Part shown: positions 39,274 to 50,244 of the stretch, piece by piece
Numbering within the stretch: the first letter of the stretch is position 1
How the letters are laid out: every line of letters starts with the position of its first letter
NCBI RefSeq assembly: GCF_000150275.1
Contig: NW_002060943.1
Span: forward strand, 1,890,987 to 1,954,986
DNA length: 64,000 nucleotides
Reading direction: 5' to 3'
DNA from: Trichoplax adhaerens
Lineage: Eukaryota; Animalia; Placozoa
Translations under genes and position numbers: made by a program
The notes under the pieces: generated by a model
The model's input: the letters and a program-made list of their open reading frames with translations, nothing else
The model's database searches: none
Told to the model about the DNA's origin: nothing

Positions 39274-42200
39274 TTACATAGACTGCTGGAGGGCTTTTGC
39301 AGCCTTATTTCGATATCGTAATCTTACGAAATCGTAATCAGCTTTGGACATGTCTATCGTTTTCTGATAGAATAGCATAGCCTTACTAGAATTAGGATTT
39401 GTACCATAGCCACATTTGTACATTTTGGCTAAAATATAACAATCGCGACTAGCATTTTTACTGGATATTAACACATTATATTGAAATTGTCGATAAGCCA
39501 TCCGAAAGTGCGACTTTGCTCGATCAAGATCGTAAAATTTATTATTCTGTTTATTGGAATAAATTTTACCTAATCGGTAATGAGCAACTCCGACATGTTG
39601 ATCATTGATATAAATTGCCGATTGATATAGTTTAATCGCATCTAAAATACTTGCTGCTGGAATCTTCTTCTTCTCGATCAACTGGCCTAATAGAATACGC
39701 CCTTGGCAATCGTTTAACTGGTGTACAATTTGAGTTGAATACCAATGCCTTGCTTTAATATATTTATTGGTACAAGTACTTTCACATTCATATATAATTC
39801 CAAGAAGATAATCTGGTAAAATAGTTGGGATAACTTGATGATGATCTTCTACCATAGCTCTTTCAAGTGTTGAGATAGCCTTATCTAAATTGATTTCAAT
39901 ACCAAATCGTCCGTCAATCCGCCCTAATGCTATCACTAAAGTCGATAATGCATCACCATACTTACTACCATCAATTAGCAATTGGCGTACTTTACGATCG
40001 TCCATGGTTAATTTTTCACCTGCGAATATTAGTTGAACTAACTGCAATTTAGCGGCAATATAATCCAATTTGGCTGCTTTCATAAGATAAGCTTGGGCAT
40101 CATTCTTTTTATTTGAGCCTTTAAAATATTTTTTGTCCAATTTTAATTTAAGATAGCCAAGATAATAATAAGCTGCTGGATCATGTAATTTTGCTGCTTT
40201 ATTGAAGTGATTGATAATTTCATAAACAGATAATGAGTTTGGTTGATCGAAAATAGCTTCTCGAATCATGAGTAATATCCCTAATTCGACCTGCAATTTT
40301 GTCAATTCATCATGACTTAATTTTCTACTTTTACCGTGGCGATAGCTCTTTTCTCGTGTCTTAATACTGGCATCAATTAACTTACTCCAAGCTGGTTTAT
40401 CTCGAACTTGTTGATCGATATAATGCAAAGAATTGATGTTACCCATATAAGCGGATTGTAATAATAAGTCCAGACGATATTCTGCACATTGCTTAGTGCT
40501 AGAATACACTTGGCAGTAATTTGTAGGATCATCACCTTCTTCTTCGCATCCAATCAACAATGCAAGCCCATGATAGGCTAATGAATGACCTAATGCAACA
40601 GCTTTATAGTAATGATTCATAGCTATAGCAGGATCTTTCTTGACAGAGCCTAAACCATTGCGAAAGTAATAACCTAGCTGATAATGGGCATTCATATCAT
40701 CAGATTCTTGCAATTTCTGACGATATTTACGGTAGGAATAATCATATAGTTTAGTCATAAAATCACTAGAAAGGTAGCGTAATGCAATGCGGTATGATGA
40801 CCACATAATCTCTTTTGGTTTACTTCTCCATAAATTTTGAATTTCATCATTCATTGATGTAATATTCTGGATAATTTCTTGCCGTTGTGTAGGTTTCATC
40901 CCTTCGTATTTTAATTTAGCTTTAATAGCATAGTATCGATAATCTAATGATCTATTATAATATTCGCTTGCTGCATAATAACAGGCAGTTGGATTTGTTT
41001 CATTTTCTTGATTTGTATCTATTGAATAAATATTGCCTTTTATGTAATAACTTATTGGGCATGGTGAAACAGCTTGAAGTAGTTTATTGGCCATCTGGTA
41101 GTAAAAGCTAGCTTTAGTTGTATCAAATCCCATTTCTTGACTAATTAATCCTTTGCTACACATCCTACCCAATCGATAGCAAGCATATGCCGATGCTAGC
41201 GGTTCTAATTTTAGGCAAGCACTTTGATAGAGTCTAACTGAATCAAGGAGTGTTGATCGAGGTACAGTTTCTTTTTCAATTAATTTAGCTAATAGGACCA
41301 TAGTTATAGGGCATTTACTCGATTTTAATAAGGTAGCTGCATAATAATGAGCAGCTTGTACTTTATCAATCCCAGTACCGACACCTAGTTGGTAAAGATA
41401 GCCTAAATAGCAATTATGTCGAGTATCTGTGGGATAAAGACAACTAGGATTGGCTGTTAATGCTCTCTCTAAATATTCCCGAGCCAATTGATGATCGTAT
41501 TGCCATCCTTGGCGTGGCTCTAAGTAGGTATAAGCCAATTCTCTCAAGATATCAGAGAATCCGCCAGCTTTAGCAGCTTTTATCAATAGCCCTTGTGATA
41601 TTCGATTACTATCAACGTTATCTGGACGTTGTAAATTTAAAGCTAAATGCAGACTAAACCAGCCTAGTGGGTGATCTTTGATAGCTGATTGTATGAAACA
41701 ACTCATAGGGTAAAGATTTGCTTCCTTTGTGTTAATAGAACTGGAATCGGTTAAAAATTGTGGCGATAACATTTTCCTGAAGGCATAATTAAAATAGCCC
41801 TGGCCATCACCTAATTTAGCTGCTTTTTGAAAGCAGTCGTAAGCATAACGTGTTGTTTTGTCAACAGAGGTAATTTTATCAGTGGTCAAGTTATCCTCAT
41901 CGATGTTTTCTTCATCAGAATTATCATCGTCAGTTTGACTAGCATGAATGAAACATTCAATAACACCAAGGTAATTATATAATTCTGCTATAGTCGATGT
42001 GTCAGTAGTTTCATCAATAGCAGTTTCGATATCATCCTTAATTTCTAGCAGTTTATTTCTCCAAAACGGATGACTGTTATATTTACTTCTCAACATTTTT
42101 CCAGCATAATAATGTTGACCGTTAACAACTGCATCCATTAATAATCTCACTTTAATGTCAATGAGTTGTTTTTCATCTATTTTTTGTATTGATGACGATT

Positions 42201-42600
42201 CTTGGTGATCTATATTTGAATCGCAATCATACAAAGTTGACATGTCGTGACAAGCTAAATGATGGTGTCGCTTAATGGCTTCTTCGTAATACCGTAGCGC
42301 CTCAACACTGTCTTTCTTATCTATTCCAAGCCCATGTTGATGGTAATATCCAATTTGGTAATAAGCATGGCAATGATCATTGTCTTTGATTTGTTGCATA
42401 TAAGTCTGATAAGCTGTTCTATACAATTTATTCATTAATTCTTCATTACGATGTATTTTTAAAATCCTACTGACATCGTTATTTAATTGTTTAGATTGAC
42501 AATTCCATATTGAAAATAATTCAGTTCTTAGCCAATTCATGATAGAATTAACTTGTAATTCATCTTGTGGATGAAATAATGTAGTAATACTTGTGTTCAT
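39274..42600 (-). CDS. Sel1-like repeat protein SLR-3 (two modules, 1108 aa, single-exon)
   Basis: 3.3-kb ORF. YQIGYYHQHGLGIDKKDSVEALRYY, YLGYLYQLGVGTGIDKVQAAHYYA, YQLGYYFRNGLGSVKKDPAIAMNHY, YILAKMYKCGYGTNPNSSKAMLFY. Confidence 0.9.
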   Translation of the reverse strand: MNTSITTLFHPQDELQVNSIMNWLRTELFSIWNCQSKQLNNDVSRILKIHRNEELMNKLYRTAYQTYMQQIKDNDHCHAYYQIGYYHQHGLGIDKKDSVEALRYYEEAIKRHHHLACHDMSTLYDCDSNIDHQESSSIQKIDEKQLIDIKVRLLMDAVVNGQHYYAGKMLRSKYNSHPFWRNKLLEIKDDIETAIDETTDTSTIAELYNYLGVIECFIHASQTDDDNSDEENIDEDNLTTDKITSVDKTTRYAYDCFQKAAKLGDGQGYFNYAFRKMLSPQFLTDSSSINTKEANLYPMSCFIQSAIKDHPLGWFSLHLALNLQRPDNVDSNRISQGLLIKAAKAGGFSDILRELAYTYLEPRQGWQYDHQLAREYLERALTANPSCLYPTDTRHNCYLGYLYQLGVGTGIDKVQAAHYYAATLLKSSKCPITMVLLAKLIEKETVPRSTLLDSVRLYQSACLKLEPLASAYACYRLGRMCSKGLISQEMGFDTTKASFYYQMANKLLQAVSPCPISYYIKGNIYSIDTNQENETNPTACYYAASEYYNRSLDYRYYAIKAKLKYEGMKPTQRQEIIQNITSMNDEIQNLWRSKPKEIMWSSYRIALRYLSSDFMTKLYDYSYRKYRQKLQESDDMNAHYQLGYYFRNGLGSVKKDPAIAMNHYYKAVALGHSLAYHGLALLIGCEEEGDDPTNYCQVYSSTKQCAEYRLDLLLQSAYMGNINSLHYIDQQVRDKPAWSKLIDASIKTREKSYRHGKSRKLSHDELTKLQVELGILLMIREAIFDQPNSLSVYEIINHFNKAAKLHDPAAYYYLGYLKLKLDKKYFKGSNKKNDAQAYLMKAAKLDYIAAKLQLVQLIFAGEKLTMDDRKVRQLLIDGSKYGDALSTLVIALGRIDGRFGIEINLDKAISTLERAMVEDHHQVIPTILPDYLLGIIYECESTCTNKYIKARHWYSTQIVHQLNDCQGRILLGQLIEKKKIPAASILDAIKLYQSAIYINDQHVGVAHYRLGKIYSNKQNNKFYDLDRAKSHFRMAYRQFQYNVLISSKNASRDCYILAKMYKCGYGTNPNSSKAMLFYQKTIDMSKADYDFVRLRYRNKAAKALQQSM

Positions 42601-43684
42601 GACGATCCAAATGCTACAAGTTCAATTTTTTCACTCAAAGGTATCCAATCAATCGATTATTTGTGGCAATGATAAAATGGTAGAAGAAATTTTTTCCTGA
42701 ATCTCAATTTTCTTCTTCACTATCGATATTGACGGTAATATAGGAAAATTGAAGCTTGTAAATGTAAATGTTCGACCATAATAATAGCAAAAGACGCTAG
42801 ATGTCAATCATCATGCTCTAAAACTACTGTACATAGAGAGCGAATCGTTGAAAAGCGGAATTGTAGCAATGATGGAAATAATACTGGCAAATAAGTAAGG
42901 AAAAAATTTCGGATAAACCTTCCAGAAAAGAATATTCTTTCTCTCTCTCTCTACTTCTATCCAAGACAAGAAATGGCCGATAGTTATTAATAATTTACTT
43001 CATCGTACGTTGAAACTTACTGTAAAAAACTAGAGAAGAGGTTATGCTTATCTCCACCTTAATACTGTCATTTGTGCCCAAACTATAGCTTGTAAGGGAT
43101 GTTCTTATCGATGATGGATGGCGAGACTTGTTTTAGTCAGCTATTCTTGGCTTTTGCTGAATCAATAACAACATTTCAATCATAATATTCAATTGTTGTG
43201 AATAAAAAGCAATTTATTCATTATCTTTATACCCAATCAAAGTGAAATAATGACTAACAACAATTTAAACATGTGCAATTTCAATCTATACATCAGTCAT
43301 TCACGACTTAATTAACTAGATAAGAAAACTGTTATGACATCATCAAAACTGATAACATTCATGGGCAATGTAGTTGTATTGTTTAATTTGTTTGACGTTA
43401 TTGTAGTAGAATATCATTAAAATGATTTAATAGACTCCCATGGTGACCATTGACTAGACTAACAAGCTACGATTAGAAGAGAAATCAACGTCAGCCTATT
43501 TTTCCTCTATTGACACTCATAATATAACAACTTAACCTTTTAAATAACATGACTTGCCTCATAACATCTATTCAACTAATTTTAGATTACATCTTCAATA
43601 ACAACTTATTCAGTCATTTTTGGCATATTTCTAACATTATCGGCAAAACTGTTTTTAATCCTTATGAAAATTGATCGATAAAGA

Positions 43685-43708
43685 CCTAATCCTAACCCTA
43701 ACCCTAAA
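43685..43708. repeat. Short interstitial telomere-like tract, ~4 units of (CCCTAA)n
   Basis: CCTAATCCTAACCCTAACCCTAAA; the reverse complement approximates (TTAGGG)4. Confidence 0.45.
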
Positions 43709-46700
43709 CGGATTAAATGAATAGATGATCTCAGCTCATATTAAAATAAGGACCACGATCTGCTTGATTTATGTTTTGATACGCTAAATAAGCCAGGTGG
43801 TAGATGTTCAGGTATTAAAAGCACACTGTAAGACTTAGATATAAACATCCATACCACTGTCAAGCAGTTTACTTGAGCGTAATCACAAATTCATTCAATA
43901 TGGATCACAAAGATCTAAAGTGCTCGAAGCGAAATAGAAGTAAATATTTTGAGTTCTGATATTAATACACAGTGATTGTATCATTTTATTTCTGTGTTCA
44001 ATAGGAATCAAGTCTATTATTTCACAATATAGTTATCATCCAAGTTACAATTTAGAATTTCTATTTTATTATTCATAGAGATCTTGACAGTAATGTAATT
44101 TTCTATTGATATTGGAAGGAAGTGAACACATTATGAGAGGGGTGTTATTCTTAGCAATCCACAACGTTGACTATTTTAAACTAATGTGGCCTCTAGTTCT
44201 TGTAATTCACGTATACGCCAAAATTTAGATAATAATTAAGACAGCTATCGGACGATATTGTAATTAGCAGTATAGATGAGTATGTTCCATTAATCACCTA
44301 TTTTAATAATGCGATTATTTGAAATTCAATGTAGTCATTTTGATGTAAATTTACCAGTGGTAAGAGATCGATTTTGCTTACTTCTATGGATCTTCCCGAA
44401 ATAACACACCTGCTGTTTTGTTTGACAAGATTGAATACTTTAAAATCATCTGTAATATAATTATAAAACTGCAGATTATTTTAAGCTCTAAATTCTGAAG
44501 CTGCTGGTATAGAGAAAAATACTTGTTCTCTACAGTTCACATTGGGCATAAGGTTTAGTAGCTTACATTAACTATCCCTAGATACTATTCTGACTTGAAT
44601 TGATATCGATTACTATAGGCACAAATTTATATATATTCGTATCTACAGCCGGTAGTCACAGTCTACTAACTATACTTCAATGATTCAATAAGTCGAAATA
44701 CAGAAGTTAACTTCGCCTTTCCATAACCTTAACCAGCCGATATAAAGTAGAAGCGATGTAATTGCAAATATAAGTACGTCCTTCACTACGATATAATCCC
44801 AAGCATAAAATTGATTTTTGATGAGCTTTTTCAGTTATTCCGTCAATCCAATACATTGTGGTATAAAATTTAATTATAATATCGATAACAATAGTATATC
44901 TTTTTTTAGTATTACGTAGACTAAGACATACAGCCTGTATCATGAAGGTTTTTTACCTCTATAGTCTATAGATTTAGCCTACTGCTTGTGCTGACATTTT
45001 GAAAGTCATTAGTAGAGTATTGAGTACCTGTGATACAGAATACACCAAAAGATTAACTGTATGAGTAGTGTAAGTACAGCTATGTTAGAATCACAGAGAA
45101 GGACCTCTATAGTTGAGATTTCAAGTCTTAGAAAGGCATACTGTAAAGTAGATTTAGCATCTTGACCGTAAAAAGACGAAGACGAAATAATAGTCATAAC
45201 AGCCTCCAGAAACAGAATAAAACTGCGAAGATATGTACTAAAATGTACTATAATTTAATTTTAAATGGAGATCTTGGTAATTCATTGCTATAAATAGCGT
45301 TATTACCTATCATTAGCTTTATATGTTAATTAGAACTCGGAATAATTTTAATCGTCATTATTAGCAACAAGAGAATCTCTACCAATACTATATTACAAAA
45401 GAGTAATAAATTAATTAATTGATTGATTATTAACTAATCAAAAAGCCTACTGGTTAAAAATAGCGAACTTAAAATCAACTTAGAGGTCATGCTGGCTTTT
45501 CTTGAATATAAAAATTAGTTACAGCCTACTTATTTATATGAGTTCTATCCAAGTTGGCGATATAGGTGTCGATAAAAGGATGTGTCATTTTTTTGAACAG
45601 AATGAGCCAAATTTAAAGAAACTGCACAAATCGATACTTCCTTACTACAGATCAGTAATCAGTACGACAAAATAATAGCCACGCGTAATTTACTAAACCA
45701 GTTGTATGCATGTACAGTGGCAGTTTCATGAACTTACTGAAATGCTTCATGACCTATTACGCATAAATTGACATATTATTCTGTTAAATAAGAGAGCCAT
45801 TATATTTAGGTGGGCTCTATGTTTTTATTTGCATAGGACTATAATTTGAAAAGTGGCATGAGCATTGAGCATAAAGATATTTACTTACAATAAATCAAAT
45901 AGTAGCTCGAGCAGCTTTCTATACGTTAAAATACCAATATAAATATAAAGATAAAAATTCTGTTATTCGGTTCTTTCTATGTGTACTTAGATATATCCTT
46001 ATGACCTAGATGTATCGCATCGTAGCCTATTATAGTTAGCTCATCTATAATCTATTCAGAAAGGTCTTAGGCTTTTTACCTTAGCTGTAAGAAAGCACAT
46101 GAAACAGTTCTACGAGCCATGTAAGCATTATTAGGATAGATTATCGATGCTGGCGAACTACTGTGAATAAGAGCTTGTACTCGATACATGAAAATGAATC
46201 GTACATTAATAAAATAAGGCGTAGCTACTTTGTCCAGCTATCTTGAGTGCATTTTAATATCTCAATAAGCTGCATGTAGTAGTAGTAGTTAGATAGTGCT
46301 TTGCAACTTGTAATCTACTGTAATTAGGTTATAGACACTACGCATACAGATACATCTTTCTTTCCTATATTTCACGAGATGTTTAGACGCTCTAATGATA
46401 AAGATACCAGATATAGAGACAAAACTGCTTGGTTAGAAGAATTCAGAACCAATCTAGTCATTTACTACTGACTAATATAACAGAAGGAATTAGGAAGGCA
46501 ATCCGGCACTTTACTAGTATCTATGGTCTACAATAGAGGTAACTCTTTGCGTCTAGTTACGCATTCTTAGCATACAGTATTAATATGGACGCATAAAGGC
46601 AAAACACCATGTCTTGCCTAATTTTCTTAATGGTTCTGAAATTATAAGTGTGACATTTAAAAAGACTATCGGCATAAGATTCCAATATGAATAGATTAAA

Positions 46701-46779
46701 TAGCAAGTTTAGGCTTCGAAAGTATAAATAGCACATCAGAGGGATTATTTCAAGTAACTGTAACTGTCCCCTAGAGTTC

Positions 46780-48240
46780 TCTACTGAAACTAGACAGCAT
46801 TCTTCTTTGATGCTTTAGCTGAGTCGTTGCCTTCATCAATGAAAGCTAGAGTAAAACGATAAATATTTCATGACTTATATTACATCGCTCCTTCATAGAA
46901 ATATCAATTAATGTTATTTTATTTCTGAGAAGCTAGCACAGAACTACAAGCAATTCACGCCGTATAATGTTTTAATTCGAAATAACTTTCGAAGTGTTTT
47001 GATAAAAAACCCGAAACATTAGGCATCATATCAAATTAAATAGTAGCTACCATTAGATTTCTTAGTTGAAGCTGTACAGAGTATACTCTATATTTATAGT
47101 CTTAAATGAATCCAGTTAAAAATCATTCGAAAATATAATTAATTAATTAATTGCTATATCTGAGATATCTTATCAAGCTATGGTAAAATTTGTTTCCGAT
47201 TCCTTCACCGAAGCTGCACTCTGTCTTTTCTACCGTCGACTGGGGAAAGTTAGCCAAAACTATAAGCATTTCATGACCTTAGATTGACTAAATAGGTAAT
47301 TGATTCCAAAATTTTGATATTTAATATGTCTAAGGTATCATATCAAGTTCTAATACTGTCATATTTGTTATCAGTTTTCCTTCATACCGAAATTGTACTC
47401 TATCTTTCATAGCCATAATCCGAGGGAGCTAGTGCAGAATTATGCGTATAAGTACTTCATAGTCTAGAATGGACTCAACCGGAAATAATTTCAAATATCG
47501 ATATCGAATATATTTATATGTTTTATAACATGTCAAGCTACCGTAATATTTATTATTGGATCTCCTTTACAAAAAGTATACTCTTTTATCTCTTATAGCC
47601 GTGACCTGAGGAAGTATCCCATACCCTAGAATAGACTAGATAGAGAATAGTTCCATAGTTTCGATAATTAGCCCATCAAATTCACAAAAACTGCATTCTA
47701 TCTTTTAAAGTCTCGATTTAAGCAAGCTAACACAAAACTACAAGCACGATAGGCCCTGAAATAGGCTAAATACTATCGAAAGTAATTTCAAAATATCGAT
47801 AATAAATACTACAGTAACGATAAATATAAAATATGATATAACATTAAGTAAATATGTTCATCTATTTTATGATCAAAATATCTAAAAAGAATATACTGTA
47901 ACACGTTGTTACATCGAATCAGGTATCATATCAAGTTATAACTATGTTTGTTATTGGACTCTCTTTATTGAAATTACCATACTCGTATACACGTGTTCCG
48001 TCTTTATAGTCTTAAAGCAGAGAAGCTAGTGTAGAGTTAACTGTCTACAACTATTCTATGGTCTAGAATTACCACAATAGTACAGTAATTCTAAATTATC
48101 AATCATACGCTCATCGCAGGAGTTATGTCAAGTTAGAGTAATATCTGGTAAGTTCAATGACCTTGGTTGAAATTCTACTCTATCTAATAGAGCTTGCATT
48201 AGCGGAAATTAGCAGAGAAACAACAAGCATTTCATGACCG
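46780..48240. repeat. Old, highly degenerate tandem array, ~140-200 bp unit, ~8 copies
   Basis: Anchor AGGTATCATATCAAG (or a variant) at 47021, 47163, 47333, 47524, 47921 and 48118. Each is followed by TACTCTATCTTT, GAAGCTAG, AAGCATTTCATGACC and AATTTCAAAATATCGAT variants. Confidence 0.7.
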
Positions 48241-50244
48241 CCATTTCCATAGCTCTTCTATTATTGTATTCAAGCATCATTTTAACAGCGATAAACAATA
48301 TTCCAATATCAATTAAATATAAATGAGAGGATCTGTAAATCTCCTGATATCAGATTAACAGCCTATTTCTTGGCTACGTTATTAAATCCTATTAGCTCAT
48401 TATTCTAATCAATTGTACTACAATCATTATTCCAATTGCTATTCTAATCCAATTAACAATACGTTGCATTGATCCAAAGTTAGTTTCCTTATTTCCTATT
48501 GGAACATGGTGTCAAAGAAAATTCTATTATCCAAATAAAGTTCAATTATGACTCAATTTAAAATGCCAACGGAGTAAGACTAGAAGTCAAGGCCAATTTG
48601 CTGTAAATGATCACGCCAGTAGAAGGATGGTTAGATATCCTTTATACGGATAAATATAATAATCGATTGGCCATTTTTAGTATACGTCACATGCTGCGCC
48701 AAGCACTTATTATATCAACACAAACCAGTCAATTAATTTTGTACAACAGACACCAGCCTAAATTAGGAATTATTAAGAAATTACTCTACTGTTGAGCCGT
48801 AAAATCTGACGATAGCAATGGTTAGTCTTGATCGATCACTGTGGTCAAGCGATAATTGATGTTTTTAGGTTATTTTTTTGTCTCCATGTTGAACTCGTAT
48901 TGAGATCGATGATTTGTCTTCACGTCGATGCGATTGCTAAATTATTTCTACCTTGATTGTTAGAATCGTTGTTGAACATTTTTCAACTTCCATCACCACG
49001 ATTATATAGCTATTTTCCGATCGTTTTTTTCGACTAAACCAAGTCTACATTCACGGTGAGAACTAAACTATTGATATATAATATAAAGTACTATCAAACT
49101 ACCAATGGTTATCCAGAACTAGATCAAGCTGTTTTATTCTTTTACAATTTACTCTTACATCATTTCAATACAGTGATAATCTATTAGTAAGAAATAAGTT
49201 AAATATATTGAATATTTCACTTCCGTCTTGCTTCTAATTGGGTAATTTGTACTAAACAATGTCGACGTTAGAAGATTACTTGACTAAGTGTTAATATTCA
49301 TTGCCAATGGATATTCAATAGTAATGGAATAGTTCTTTTTTATTCTGAACTACGCGTCTATATCGCTTGGCGACGTTGACTCTGTTGTTGACAAAGTCAT
49401 AGAGAGAAGTCCATGCCATGTTATTTTACATAACTAGCTCACTATTTTATATAAATTTTATACACGTTCTTCGAGTTGCAATAAGATTGACATTGTATTG
49501 CACCATTCGCCTGTGATAACTGGAATACTGTAGGATAGACGAGAAGGACAGCTTGGTATATCTCTCATTGTTGGCTAGCGCGATTGCATACACGTGTTAA
49601 CCGGCAACTATGTAGTCCACTATTTGCAGATATAATTGCTACACTATTGCATCGTATCAAATACTTTGAAGAAACACGATGCAATTCAGAATTCTATCTT
49701 AATATTGAGTGATAACTTGACTTGCTATATGCGAAAACAGTCGTAGTAGATTAGAGTAGGTGCTATTAAAATTGTCAGCGAACATTAATATTGCACGAGC
49801 TAGCTATTATCCTTGGAATAAGTCATTTTTATCCTGTTAATATATCAATCATAATAAAATAACAGTATGATCGTTACGAATGGCTTCGTTATTATTGATC
49901 ATTTCTGCAAACTTCTCTTCAATCATTAATTAATTCTTGACCTATGATAAGATAATGAAAATAATTACTCTAGTTTTTTCTTTTGTTCATATTAATGTCT
50001 AATCTTCTACTCCCTTCTTTTGTTCCTTTGACTCTAATATTCAATTTAATTTCTACATCTATAGCCTTGTAGACGCAATTGGTAATACAACCTATAGAGA
50101 AACCAAGTAAAAAAAGTAACCTTACAATAAATTCAATAAGAAACGATTATACTTTTAAGATTAAATTACATCGAATTGAATATTCATTGGTTGTATCATT
50201 TGAACTTGATTAGAAAGCATCATTAAGTAGTTCATCGAGCAAAG

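Noticed and set aside
36196-42735. TTGACGGT ~115-130 bp upstream of both SLR-2 and SLR-3 (TTGACGG also near SLR-1)
   Set aside because: Short motif, inconsistent orientation relative to the genes, and also found elsewhere (~63262).
44707-44943. Minus-strand ORF with IVID...MYWID, resembling an LDLR YWTD repeat
   Set aside because: One imperfect repeat only, with no supporting exons or splice structure.
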